In this document: piece by piece, positions 50,621-63,513 of the stretch
Numbering within the stretch: the stretch's first letter is position 1
Layout: each line of letters starts with the position of its first letter
Source of the DNA: Rhodospirillales bacterium
GTDB lineage: Bacteria > Pseudomonadota > Alphaproteobacteria > Bin95
Length of the DNA: 64,000 nucleotides
Assembly (NCBI GenBank): GCA_038143065.1
Contig: JAYQLI010000042.1
Span: 1-64,000 of the forward strand
Direction: 5' to 3'
Made by a program: the position numbers and the translations under genes
The notes under the pieces: model-generated
Told to the model about the DNA's origin: nothing
Seen by the model: only the letters and a program-made list of their open reading frames with translations
Databases searched by the model: none

Positions 50621-50995
50621 ACAAACATCAAAGCACAGCAGATAGTAAAATGACTTTGAATGAATAACTGCTGAATACGGATAAGAGCACCTTTCTGAAG
50701 TACCAAAGAGCTCAAGGCTCCATGCCATCACCGAAGAAAATCTCTCAATCAGATCATTCATTGGATCTAGCAGCTCACCAGGACGCAATTACTTGCTAAA
50801 TAGGACCAATTTTTGGCACTTTGTATCAGAGAAATAACGCCATTTATCGATCTCATACACCATAAAATTATAGCTGCACTTTAACATCTTCGCTGTTTAC
50901 ATAGGCAGCTAGATTATCCATTGCCTCACCAAGAAACTATCAAGAGAGCACCATGAGAATAGGCTGTGTGAATTTTTCAAGCTGACCCAACTAAT

Positions 50996-52186
50996 TCACT
51001 CCCCTAAACTTGTAGGTTCTTCGCTATCTCTTTGGAGATGGTAAGAATCGACATAGAACCGTTCAATCTGATCACCAGACGTCTGGGCATTCTTCGCAAG
51101 GTTAAAGATATTCACCTTTCCCTCACTGTTAATGATCCTCATGCAAATTGCAGTGTGACGCAAGGAATACAGTGTATGAGTTTTGCCCGTCGGGGTATCT
51201 GTTTGTAGTTTCTCCATACCTCAGAACCTCTGTGAAACAGCCGCTGGATCATACCTGAAGCAGTAGTTCGGTTCTGTATTGGGGGTAGAAAATGTAATCC
51301 CTGGGTTTTGCATTCGGTAACGCTTCAAAATACGCTCGTAGACGGACACGGCAGCCGGCATAGTGTTAGCACTTCTAAACCCGTTTTACCGTCTCTAACG
51401 GTGACTATGAGTTGCCTGGGATCATCTGCAACCGTCACATCGCTATGTTTGATCGCATAAAGCTCTGATGAGATGGGTCTGACGAAGATGCGTCAGAAAT
51501 AGGATCATATCATAGAATTCATCGGTGACGGCAAAACCCCGGACACTTACCTCCTCTACTGCTTTCTTAATCGCCGCTAAAAAGCTTTTGGTAATTATCT
51601 TCCTCTTTTGCCACCAGTGGATGGAACCGAAAGAAAGGTCTTGGGTTGTCTTTGGATTTCACCTCGTGGAGTTTGCGGTACGACCTCAACAACACCCTTC
51701 ATCTCTGGCGATCTTCATTACATTCCGAAACGCAGCCATAAGTGTGTTCTTTGTTGAAGCAGCCAAACTTGGACGACGCTTAGTGAGATCAGCAATATAT
51801 TCTGATATGTGGGTGCGGATCTGCCTTACATCCCGATCACCAAAACCGAAGAAGACCCCAATCTTCATTTTGAACAGCCCAATGTAATGCTTTGATGTAA
51901 CCTTGGCTCCGCTCACCTGTTTGGTGCTGTAACCGAGATCTATGAAAAGCTTAGAGCGAAATGACTGGCTTGCATGTATTCACGTTCAACGGGCTTTTCT
52001 GACTTGAGCAGAGATAGGCAATTCTTGACAACCTCCCTCGCCCGTATTACCGTATCTTCACCAGTTGACTTAACCAGGTATTTTTTGGTTTTCTTGTCCC
52101 AAGCACGAACATACCACTTGGTCGACCGTTCGACACGAACAGGGATAAGCCTTGTAAAGCTTTATAGTTGAAGGTGCTTTAGACAT
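50996..52186 (-). CDS. Tyrosine integrase adjacent to the tRNA-Asn att
   Basis: FVRP..SELY, HTLYSLRHTAI, LAKNAQTS..IERFY. Confidence 0.85.
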
Positions 52187-52267
52187 TATCGAGATCCAAA
52201 ATCAAAGTTATAAACCCTAGTTATAAACTACTTGATAACCTATTGATACCAATAAATGCCAAGATAC

Positions 52268-52310
52268 CTGTTAATCAATTGGTCGTAGGTTCGATCCCCA
52301 CCGCCGGAGC
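52268..52310 (+). other. att site: 3' half of tRNA-Asn(GTT)
   Basis: CTGTTAATCAATTGGTCGTAGGTTCGATCCCCACCGCCGGAGC; no 5' half; arm-like repeats AGTTATAAAC at 52206 and 52219. Confidence 0.8.
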
Positions 52311-52505
52311 TAATTTCCCAAGTAAATCAAAGATTTACGAGACACCTCAGCGAGGTGGCTCAGGGGATGTTCGGCATTAGTAAGCGCATAGTAAGCAGTT
52401 TGAAGCTGTTTTCTCGACCTTCCCATGCCCCAGACACGTATTCGGCGCTGTTGACAGGTGGGTGCATGAAGCAGAAAGTTGCCACAAAGTGAGCAGCAGT
52501 TGGCA

Positions 52506-52860
52506 ATGTCAGATAGAATAAAGAAATTTTCAGAGGAACTGGATGAGCTTATCAAAGAAGGTGAGTTCGGCTATGGCAATCGAATACGACTGCGAACCAG
52601 AGCAGTTTCGTCGGGGTTACATCAAGGTATTTGAAGATGATGACGAGAAACCAGAAGCCTTTATAAAGAAGCTTCCCAGTTTCGGCTCAGATTATCAAAA
52701 ATGGTATTCGAAAGCTAAAGCACTAGTAAAACAGGTTCTTCCAGATCGACTGGCGGACCTGACGTATCACTACGAATTTCCCAGAGTTCGCAAGGTCACT
52801 GATTTTCAGAACTATATGATACGCGACTACTCTTAAAGGGTTGATGGTAACACGCTACAG
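52506..52860 (+). CDS. Hypothetical protein (possibly truncated)
   Basis: YQKWYSKAKALVKQVLPDRL ORF. Confidence 0.4.
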
Positions 52861-52980
52861 TGGCTCTGAGGTTGTCGCAGACGGCTCTACCCACGGGGCG
52901 CCATCACTTGCGTGTATTCAAAATTGATTGTATATCTTAAAATGAATTAGGTCTTCTAAAGGGTCGATTTAAGGATAAGT

Positions 52981-54585
52981 ATGTTGAAAAACGTTCCTTT
53001 CAGCAGTTTCCTTAGTATACATCGGCTTTTCCTTCATATTTCACCAAGCTCCACTAGTAAGCTGGCTCAATAGGTTTACTGATTTTTCCACAATCTCGGG
53101 TTTGTCTGCCTTACTTTTATCGAATTGCTCAGCTTTTTACTCGGGTTTACTCTTAACTCCTTTCTTTATTATTTCCATTAAACTGGGGAAATTGATTGCT
53201 GTTATTTTATTGATACTGAATGCCACTGCATTGTTTTTGATGACAAGTCTTGGTGTTGTCATGACCAAGGCCGTTATCGCCAGCTCATTTTTTTACCGAT
53301 TACTCGGAAGCTTCAGGTTTTCTGAACGGTGACTATATGCTGCATCTGGTTCTTTTGGGCATTTTACCTTCTATCGTGGTTGTTCTGGTGCCCATTGCAC
53401 CTGTCAAGAGACGTATCTTGTGCCTCTATCCTATTTTGTCAGTCGCACTCATCTTCACGGCGACAAGTCTAGCCCCAAATTTGACAAGCTGGCTTCAATG
53501 CAAATGGAGCTCAACTGGCAGTTTGTTATTGCCATGGTCGTATATTGGCAAAACCATAAACTACGTAAGAGATTTGAGAAGTGGATACTATGGTCGGTAT
53601 TTTGGCGCGTTTGCTCAATTGCCAAATGGCGTCATCGCCGATGATACGCCGGGGTTGGTTGTCCTGGTTATAGGGGAATCCTCGCGAGGCGCCAGTTACA
53701 GCTATTATGGATATGAGCGCGCAGTAAACACAGCAACGCAAAACATGGGCTATGTCGCTTTGCCAATTAGCACAGCCTGCGCCACCAGCACTATGATTAC
53801 AACCGGCTGCATTCTTTCGCCCCACGGTCGAGACGACTGGGAAAAAGAGCCAGTGGAACCTTTGCCCTCATATTTGCATCGTTTAGGTATAAAGACCTTT
53901 GTACGAACCAATAATACGGAAATGCCGCGACTGAAGGTTGGAGATTACAAGACGACAGAAGGGCTGGCAGAGATGTGCGAAACGGATTATTGCAAAGCCT
54001 ATAACGCAAGAAGCTGTGAGAACCAGCTTTGCCAGGAACGCTATTTTGATAACATGTTACTGGCAAACATGGATCCCATTTTAGACTTGGCGCAGCAAGA
54101 AAAAGTTTTGTTGCTGCATTTGCGCGGGAAGTCATGGCCCAAATTATGCAGACAGATCACCAAAAGAGTTTCGTCCTTTCACGCCAGCATGTGATGATCA
54201 TAACAAAATGCAGCCTTGAAACGCTGGCAAATAGCTACGACAATTCGACGGCCTTCACTGATCAAATTTTAGCAAATCTGGCCAAGACAATCGCCCAAAG
54301 GCAAAATTTAAATGCAGCCGTTCTTTACCTATCAGATCATGGACAGTCCTTGGGAGAAGACGGCCTTTACATGCACGGTTTGCCATCGATGAAGCTCCAA
54401 TTGAGCAATTGGAAATTCCGTTTCTGCTCTGGACATCCGAAACGCTCAAAAAGACCTATGACATCTCTCAGGTTGTAAATACGAATGTGGCCGCACAGGA
54501 TGCCATCTTCCATTCGGTCCTTGGCCTATTGAATGTCATAGATGGCCCCTATGACCCGCAGCGCGATATCTTCCAGGTGCGGTAG
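52981..54585 (+). CDS. eptA: Phosphoethanolamine transferase (EptA family)
   Basis: TM N-terminus; VLVIGESSR, CATST, YDNS..TD, YLSDHGQSLGE.GLYMHG. Confidence 0.85.
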
Positions 54586-54599
54586 ACTGTCGTAGCACC

Positions 54600-54745
54600 T
54601 CTGACCTGCCCAACCAAACATGGTCGATGGACTTCATGGCCGATCGTTTTGTAATCCAGCCAAAAACCTTTGGGGTTGAGCGTGGAATTTTGTAGCCTCT
54701 TATTTGACCCGCGTGCTCACGGCCATCAGCAATGGGCGAGGCAGG
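54600..54745 (+). mobile_element. IS3-family transposase fragment
   Basis: PNQTWSMDFMADR. Confidence 0.5.
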
Positions 54746-55487
54746 GGCAGATGAAGCAAGTGCTGCCGTGGTATTTAGGCAAGGCCAGGTTAAGATTTGG
54801 AGAAGGAAATGTATAAATCTATTTACCGTATTTTACTGACATCAGGGCTCTAAGTGCCTGCATGCAGCAAGTTGGCTGCAAGTCGGCTGAAGATCTGGGC
54901 TCGTAAGTGTCCGACCATACCCACAACCCAATGGTGTTTGCCAAATTTTGGGTGGAAAAGCCCTGCAACAGTGGATTATTTGGATCATTTCAGCTATCTT
55001 ACTGGGCTGTCCTGACGCGACCTCGGTGCGATTAAGGATCGCAAGACCGAAGGGGCAAAGATTGTGGGCAAGGTTAATAGCTGGACGCTTCTTCAACTGC
55101 CAGAACAGCAAAACTAATCAGATACTGAGGACTGTCGCCCTGGAAAGTTGGAGCCAATTCGGGTCAGCAAAGCAACATGCGCCCACGTTCTCACGCAAAT
55201 TCATAGTGGAATATCCCCTGCGAGTGGTCCGCGCGTGGGGCAGTTGTTTCAAATGTTTGGAGGATCTGCCCAGGCTTTCCTGATGGCGGCCTTGCCCCGG
55301 GGGCGATGCCGCCTCTCATGACACATGATGTTGACCACCTATGGGTATGACAGCGCCGGCCTGGGCGGGCGCATCTATGCGCAGTGTAATCGCTGAAGCA
55401 CCAGAGCATCATGCATTAAGTCATTTGCAACCCAAGGTGATGGGTGATAGAGGTCGACTCTCACAACTGAACCCGACGGAGCGCCTG

Positions 55488-57041
55488 TGACGACACCCAA
55501 TGAAAATGACATCATCGATCTTTCGGATCGGCGGCGGCATCAGCGGCTGCGGTATCGCGCGCGATGCGGCCGGGCGCGCTTGCGTGTTGAGCTTCTGCAG
55601 AAATGAACGACTTGCCGCGGCAACCTCATCGCTTCAACCAAATTGTTTCACGGTGGCCTGCGATATCTTGAATATTGCAGAACTGCGACTGGTGCGCGAG
55701 GCGCTGGTGGAGCGTGAATCCTCGTTCAAACCATGCCTATTTCTTGGCCCATGCGCTTTGTGCTCTATCACAAAGACATGATTTGCGGAGCAACACACCG
55801 ACGTCAAACTTCTCCAACGCCCTATGCCCTGGATGAAGGGCGTCCAACTGGCTCATTCGCCTCGGGCTGTTCCTATACGACAGGCTTGGTGGAAGAAAAA
55901 TATTGCCGCCAACACGGGCGATTGATTTGCGCCATGGTCAGAAGGCGCGCCTTTGAAAGACCGTTTTACAAAAACAGAATATTCTGATTACAGGTCGAGG
56001 ACAGCCGTTTGTTGTATTAAATGCCTGCGATGCAGCAGCGCGCGGCGCGCATCACCACCGAACCAAAGTCACGATGGCCCAAGTGGTGGACGGCATTTGG
56101 CACGTAGACGCTGCAAAACCGACATAGCGCCGCGATTGTGCAGGCGCAGGTTTTTGGTCAACGCCGGAGACCCTGGGTTGAAAACCTTAATTTCGCAACA
56201 CCACCCTGAACACCAAGAAGGGTGCGTTTGGTGCCAGGCAGCCATCATAAATCCGACTTTACGATCATGACAAATGCTGTTTTTTCCAAGGAAGATGGTC
56301 GGATCATTTTCACAATTCCCTGAAACTGATTTCACCTTTGATTGGCACAACGGATATTGATCATCCAGATCTTGTGGAAAAACCGGTCTGTAGCCCCGAA
56401 GAGCAAAGACTATTTGCAGCTTGCCTCAACCTATCTCAAAAACAGCCGTCACCGCTGAAGACGTGGTGGCCACCTACTCGGAGTGCGACCGCTCTACAAC
56501 GATGCGGCCAGCTCCCGCGATTGCAGCCGCCATCGAGACTGGTTATAAAGCTCGACAAAACTGCCGGAGCGCAATGTTAAACGTCTTTGGCGGGGGAGGA
56601 AAATTCCGACCTACACCAAACTGGCAGAACAGGCCTTGCAGCAGATTTCAGACGACACCCCGCAGATAGGGCAAGCTTGGACCCGCAGGGGATAGTCTGC
56701 CCGGCGCAATTTTCCATGGGCGGGTGGATGATCTCATCCAGCAGCTGATCAAAAAATTCCCTTTTTGACGACGCCTTGGGCGAGAGCGATTAGTCAAAGC
56801 CTATGGGAAGGACTTTTGATGTCTTGGGCGCAGCCACCGTTTCCACAGACTTGGGGAAGATTTTTGGGCCAGTTTGACGGCGCGCCAGTTGGCTGGTTGA
56901 TGGACAATGAATTTCAACAGACCGCCGAAGACGTGATCTGGCACCACCAGTAAGTTAGGCTGGCTCACCGATGCGCAGATTGAGAGGTTGCAGAACTGGA
57001 TGCAGCGCCGATTGGGCGCGCGTGGACCTAGCAACCAGTAA
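55488..57041 (+). CDS. glpD: FAD-dependent glycerol-3-phosphate dehydrogenase
   Basis: GGGISGCGIARDAAGR, KLFHGGLRYLE, IGTTD, LNVFGG, TAEDVIW. Confidence 0.85.
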
Positions 57042-57179
57042 GTTTGCGCGGCCAATCGCAGGGCCGTAAGCCCCTGCAAACATACACTTTTGATTTAATG
57101 TGCAAAGCAAGCAATTGTTCAACGCAGTATTGAGCACGGCCCTTGTGTTTTGTGGGGTGATATATCATTTTAGATTTAC

Positions 57180-57814
57180 TGATTAAGACTCAACTCATTT
57201 CACTGCTCGTGTTCCTATGCAGCTGGACCTATATCGCTGCCGATCAGGTTGTGGATTTTCTGACGGTTGGCGTGAGCAGCGTTTTTCATTATTTTCTAGC
57301 AATGAATTTGAACCAAGCGGCGAAACCCTGGTATCGGTTCGATGGGACCGTCTCAATGTTCTGGAGCCGCCTACCAGCCAGGCTCTGAAGTAGCGTAATC
57401 AGCGCGTTGGGATTGGGAGGTCACGTCATCCGTGCCGCCCACAGGACCTGACACTCAAAGGCGGTGATGATCGAAATTTGTCAGTTTATTTTGTGTTCAT
57501 GCCGGAGGCCTCAATACCAGCGGCAAATGCAAAACTCAGATTTACTTGGCGATGACAGCGCCCGCATATTGATGTATGTTTGGGGGGGCAATCACATGCG
57601 CGGAGACATATTGCCAGCGCCCTATCTAAATGAGCTCGGCAGAATCATTTTGCGACCTGCCAGCACCGGCAGGCGGCGAACGGGTCAACCTAAGAACCGA
57701 TTTCAACGCGCTTTGGCACAGACAACACGTCTCGTCGGCATTGCCATTTCAGCCGACAGTGATGACACCGATACACAGATCAGGGCAGGCGTCTCAATCG
57801 GATCAAGAACTTAG
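57180..57814 (+). CDS. DUF3047-like protein
   Basis: LMYVWGG..PY..ILRP, ERVNL..DF, LVGIAISADSDDT. Confidence 0.6.
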
Positions 57815-57886
57815 CGCGTTGAACCTACCGATCCCACCGCGCCGCGTGCTCGTGCGACATAGGGCAGGCGAGCTCATGGGCGGAGA

Positions 57887-59070
57887 TTAGCCTGGATGAT
57901 TTTTGTGCCAAAAACTCTTTCATGCGCGTCAGCGCACGGGTGATGTTTTCCTGACTATTGGCATAGGAAATACGAATGTACCCTCCCCAGCGTGCCGGAA
58001 ATCCGGGCTCCCACAATCGTGGCCACACCCGTTTGCTCAGCAGCTCGCTGGGCCAACGTTTAGCTTTCCAGCCGGTTTGGAGACATTGGAAAGGCATAAG
58101 GCGCCCTTCGGCGTGATGCAAGAGACCCCGGGGATGTCATTGAGCAGCGTGACCACCGATTTGCGCCGCGCGTCGAACTGCGCCACCATCTCCAACTGCG
58201 GTTTGCGGACCATCAACGCCTCCAATGCTGCATATTGCGCAGGCGCATTGACGCAAGACCAGGCATTCACCGCCAATTTTCGGGCCATATTGTACGCAAT
58301 CGATCCGGCCAAATCGAATAGCCCACCTGCCACAGCCTGTCATCGCATAGGTTCTTGACCAGCCATTGAGCACAATCAAACGGTCGCGAATTTCGGGGTA
58401 GGTCAATAGCTGACATGCTGCTCCCCATCATAGAGCATTTGGTCATAAATTTCGTCAGACAGGATCGCCACATCTGGATAATCCGCAAGACCGCCACCAA
58501 TTTATCGTTTCCGCCTTCAGGGTGATGCCGCCGCAAGGATTGGCCGGGGAGTTTAGAATGATCAACCGTGTGTTGGGATAATCACTAACAGTTTGTAATG
58601 TCTCTCCGCGGAAAACGCAAAGCCATTCTCCTCTCGGATCGGAATGGCAACGGGAGTTGCTCCGGTATACTCAATCATCGAACGATAGATTGGGAAGCCC
58701 GGATCAGGATACCCAATATATCCCCACCAGCTTCGCCAAACATCAAGATCGCGGTGAACATCGTCACCTTACCCCGGCACGACCAGCACATTGGCCGGGC
58801 TGACCTCAGTGTTATATCGGCGGTGCAAATCCAGTATGACTGACCGCCAGCGCAGCGGCAAAATTCCAGTCGCATCCGTGTAGCCATGATGCCCATCGCG
58901 CAGGAACTTTAACCGCCGCTTCAACGATATTTTCAGGCGTCAGGAAATAAGGTTGACCGATCCCAAGGTTGATGACATCCATGCCACCGCGGCCAAACCC
59001 CCCGCGCGACCCAAGACGGCAAACGCATTTTCTTCACCAATTCGAGTCGAAATTTGAAAACTGTCTTCAT
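57887..59070 (-). CDS. PLP-dependent aminotransferase class I/II
   Basis: IGEENAFAVL, INLGIGQP, ILNSPANP, LSDEIY, LNGWS, YIRISYAN. Confidence 0.85.
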
Positions 59071-59282
59071 GTTGAACCCTTTGTGCCTCTTGGTGTGATA
59101 TACGGGCGGACCGCTTTACCGGCAAGGATGCGATTGCAACGGGTAAAATGTCCAGCTCTAGTGATCTATTTATGCGCAAACGAGCGCAGCTTATGTTTGC
59201 AAAATGCCTCTGGTGCAACGTGCGCAGAGATGGTCGCCCGTGGTTTTCGCCGCAGCCCGAGACCCAAGGCCCGCAAACTCTT

Positions 59283-60725
59283 TCAGGATCCTGCGGCGCT
59301 CGGCCAGCGCGGCGACCAGCACCGGAGGTCAAACCCGAACCACCGGGATAGCCGGCGAAAAACACTGCCCCAAAATTTCCGCCGCAGGCAAACAACCCTG
59401 ATATGATCGCCGCCGCCTGTCAGCACCCTGCCCTCCCGCATCCACCTTTAAAACCGCCATAGGTGAATGTGATGCCGCCGTGACCGGATAAGCGTAGAAA
59501 GGGGCCTTGATGTGGTTTGTGCCCAATTTGATTTCGGAGGGTTCAGGCTGACTGTCGCCTTTCCATCAAAACTGTGGGATCAAAACCCGTCGTTTGATCA
59601 CCCAGCCCGCGTTATAGCGCGCTAAGGTTTCATTGCAACCGCCTGATCCACACCGCTCATGCGCGATCAGATCCTCCAGCCGATCTGCTTTGACAAAAAT
59701 GCGCATCTTGAAACGGTACTCATCATAGAGCAAGTCATAGGTTTTGGTTGTCAAAGACCTGCTGCGCAAATTGGCCGGGCTGTTCTAGATCAGCTTGCGC
59801 CATATTGCGCATAGGTGTAATTGCGAAATCGGCGCTCTCTATCCACAAAGCGCGCGCCATGGGCGATTGAGCATGACCCGAGAAAGTAGGAAATCTTGCG
59901 ATAATTCTTGCGCTCTCCCGGCGGTAAATCGAGATTGCCAAAATCGGCCATATGCAGATCCATCGGCGTTGCGTGACAGCCCGAGGCGCCTATCACTTGC
60001 CGCAAGCTCAGCAAGAGAAGACCATCGCTGGTATTATGCGGTGTCCCGCGCACCTTAGCCGCCCAATTCTCTCCCATATGCTTGACCCGCAGCGCGCCAT
60101 TGGCCTCAAAGCCGCCACAGGCCAGATAACGGCGTCCGCAAGCAGCCGTTTCTTGCCCAATCTGCACGCCACCAGACGCCCCGCGTCAGTGACCAAACCG
60201 GTGACCGTAACTGTTGTACCGGACCGTTCCCCCGGAGCCGCTCAACTGCCGCCAGTTCCATATCAAAAAGCGCCAACACCTTCATTCTCTGCCGCCAGTT
60301 AAACCGCCCCAAAAAGACTTGACGGCCATCTTTTTCGAAACTCTGCGGCTGTAGATGGGTTTCAAATTTCACACCATGCGAGGCCAACCAGCGCAGTGTT
60401 CCCGGACTGATAAAACCAGCGCCTCCTGCTCTTCGACAAAGGCCGCCCATCATTGAACCCCAGCAGGTCATTGGCAAATTTTTCTGTCGTAGCTGCCGAA
60501 ATCTGCCCTCTTCACCCGCGGATCTCTGATGGTTGCGCGGCTGGCGCAATAGATCGTCAGCGCCACCATAGGCAAAAACGCATCGCCCCTGCTGCTGTGT
60601 ATTTTGTATTGCCACCTGACAAGGATTATCAACCTTTTCAATAGTAACACGAGCACCGCTTCAAAGCGGCGAGTTGCACAAAGGCGGCTTTTTCCAGTTC
60701 CAACAACGATGACAGATTTTGACAT
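59283..60725 (-). CDS. tcuA: FAD-dependent tricarballylate dehydrogenase-like
   Basis: LACGGFEAN, KVRGTPHNT, GCHATPMDL, FRNYTYAQYG, YPGGSGLTSG. Confidence 0.75.
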
Positions 60726-60783
60726 TGGCTTTCCCATTTGATGAAGTATTGTATCCGGTGGATACAATTTAGGCCTCTTTAAA

Positions 60784-61418
60784 ATGACCAAAACAGAATT
60801 GCAAGACATGTCCCAAGGAGAAGCTGCCTATTATCGGCTTTACCAGGCCATACGCTCCGGCGTTCCGCCCCGGCGACAGATTGCGCGAGATTGGAGGTGG
60901 CCAAGAGGTTGAACCTGTCTCTGCCGTACGTAAAGCCCTGCGCAAGCTCGAAAGCGACGGGATTGTCAGACATCGCCCCCGTTTTAGGAGCCGTGATCCG
61001 CACCTTGACCCCCTCCGAAGTTGTTGAACTTTACGAGTACGGCTTCGTTCTTGAGCACTTACGGCAGCACACGATGGCTGCAAAACATGCCAATGATGCT
61101 GGTTCGGCCTGCTCAATGACATAAATGATCAAATTGCAGCGCTCGGCGATGACACGCAACAGGCTGCGGCCTTAAATCAAGATTTCCACCACCGCGTTTA
61201 TCGGCGGTCGTAACTTCGTTTGGCCTCGGCCCGGGGCTCAACAATGCACTCATACTGCTGGGGCCTACCAACACGGATGATAAACTGCATAAAAACTGCG
61301 AGCGCGCAACTTTGCTCGGATCATGAAGGCGATCGCGGGCGATCAAACAGCAGCTGGCGATGCGGCCGGGGCCCGTTGCAAACCTCTTTGCTACGAGCTC
61401 AAGGAGCTGGTGAAATGA
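60784..61418 (+). CDS. GntR/FCD-family regulator
   Basis: PGDRLREIG..VREALRKLESDG, LNQDFH. Confidence 0.7.
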
Positions 61419-62447
61419 ACGCTGCCGTCTCTATATATGGTCGCGGGTCGGCGTCTTGCGTTCGTGCCATCTGCCGCTACCTTAGCTCTGGGACCAATCT
61501 TTTCTTAGCAGTTACCGCCTGCTCGCGTCACCAGCCGCGTGGATTAAAGTGATCAATGAGGCTATGCGCAGTATTCTCGGCGTGGCCGTGGGCGCTACAT
61601 TTCCCTGTCGCTGCTGGTCTCCCTGGGCGTATTGTGCTGTATGTTGATCCCGGTGATGACCACTTGCATTGGGACTCGTTGGCGTTTTCCCGCTGGCGTC
61701 ATGGAGTTTGATTTTTGCCGCAGCTATTGTTCCACCAACCCATTCCGGGATATGTCGTTTGGCGAAGAAGGCGCGAGCGGCAATCTGCGCACCTCCGCGC
61801 CAAATCCACGCCGCGCGGAGTCTTGTCATCGTCAGCGGTACCACGCTTTTCTGACCTGGATTTGGAACACCAGATCTAACCACTTCCCCGGGCGCTCCAG
61901 CCGCCAGCATTGCGCTCTCACGGCTTGGGTGGATGATTTTCTGCAGGCTGGTTGGCGCAGCTGGCAAAACGTGCCTGCGGCATGTTTGAACCTCAAATCA
62001 TGGAACCTTGCGCTGGCTACGCTTTCTTGTCCCTTACAGGCGTACTACAACACCGCCCTCCGTCAGAAGCATCTGGGCTGCACAATTTTTATCGGAATGA
62101 GCGTCCGGGTTGCAAATACGCCAGCGTCACCATAGCCGAAATCAGGGCAGGATGTGACGAGTAGCTGGACTTGATTTTATGCGCTGTTACTCACAAAACA
62201 TCATCGCCGAAGTGATCCGCCTAGCAGGGTGGCGCCTGGTAAAGCCGTTCTTTGCCTTCGCACCGGGCGGACAAGCGGAATTGACCGTGCTTACGCTCGT
62301 GTTGGGCCAGATATGGCCTTTGTGGTGGCCCATCATGTCTTGCAGAATATTTATCGTCATTCTGGGTGCGCCGCTCTTGCCCGCCTTTTCCGCGAAAACT
62401 GGCGATCAAAAGCCCTAAGCAAACCCTCTGACTTCTCTCATTTCTAA
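61415..62447 (+). CDS. AbrB-family membrane protein
   Basis: ILGVAVGATF, AFAPGGQAEL, FVVAHHV.RIFIVILGAP. Confidence 0.7.
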
Positions 62448-62512
62448 ACAGAAATGAGGGCCACGCCCGCCAGGACACGCGTCACCGGTAGGCTTCTGGA
62501 TTGATCATGTGA

Positions 62513-63471
62513 CTAGGTGCGCCTGCCACGGCTGGGTGGTTTGATCAAAAATATCCGAAAGTACATGTCAAACTCATCCTCAGTCACAAAGCCAATATGA
62601 GGCGTGGCCAGGCCGACCCAGGTGTCTAACGAGAGTATATTTCTGCGATCAAGCGGCTCGTGATCGAACACATCCACAGCGGCAGCCCTTCGCAATCTCC
62701 ACTCAAGCCGCCGAGACCACGAGGCGGAGCGGCGAACGTGTTCACGAATAAAGCGCGTGGCAGCAGTGCAGGTGCACTCGGCGGTGATCAAACCCGGGTC
62801 GCTGAATTCAACCGAACATGGAAAGCTGACGATATCGGATTATACTGCGCAAAGGCCTCAGGAGACAGCGACGGTTTTCACCCGCGGCGGCGCTGCGTGC
62901 GCGCCTGCCTCTGATCCCCACACCATTGCACATTGAGCCCCAGCGCTTTGGCATAGCCCGCAACCGCGCCTGCAATGCGCCCTTATCCATAAAGCCCCAA
63001 TGTTCTGCCAGCGCGAGGGTCTGCCGACCCCCGTTGCCAGCCTGACCCGCTTGCGATTGAGGTCACTTGTCGCGGGATTTGCCGATACTTCGCCGGCCAA
63101 AATCAACGCCAGGGTGGTGACTCTGCGGCGCGCACAGTGACGCGTATCTGAAAGCGCTATTTGAGCAAAGCAGAATCACCATGGGCCGTTACAGGCCGGC
63201 CACATCAACATGCGGGTAGACACTGCGCTTCGTGGAGATGAGGTTTGAGATTTGGCAGGCCCGCCAACAATAGCTCGACGCCCCAACCTTGGTGCGCTCA
63301 CGAAGAGGCACCAAAGCCTCTGCCTCTTGCCAATCGCTTGCGGCCCAGTTTGACGGGATCAGGCTCGCGAGTCCGTCCAGACCGGTAACCTCGTGGTCGG
63401 CCAATTTTTGCAAAGCTCGGTAAGCTGCGCAGGGGGTGTCGAGACCAATCATCAAGAATATGAACCTTCAT
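62513..63471 (-). CDS. D-2-hydroxyacid dehydrogenase family protein
   Basis: MKVHILDDW, LRERT, AAVDVFDHEP, ATPHIGFVT. Confidence 0.75.
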
Positions 63472-63513
63472 CGCCCCTACTCGCCCCCTTCTGTAAACGC
63501 GGTTAATGACCAG

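Noticed and set aside
52268-52310. Intact tRNA-Asn
   Set aside because: The 5' half is missing, the T-stem has a mismatch and there is no CCA
52981-54585. Calling the gene mcr
   Set aside because: Motifs only place it in the EptA family; no evidence for an MCR clade or colistin resistance
54809-55350. Possible lipoprotein (LSAC after a frameshift)
   Set aside because: The reading frame could not be reconstructed with confidence
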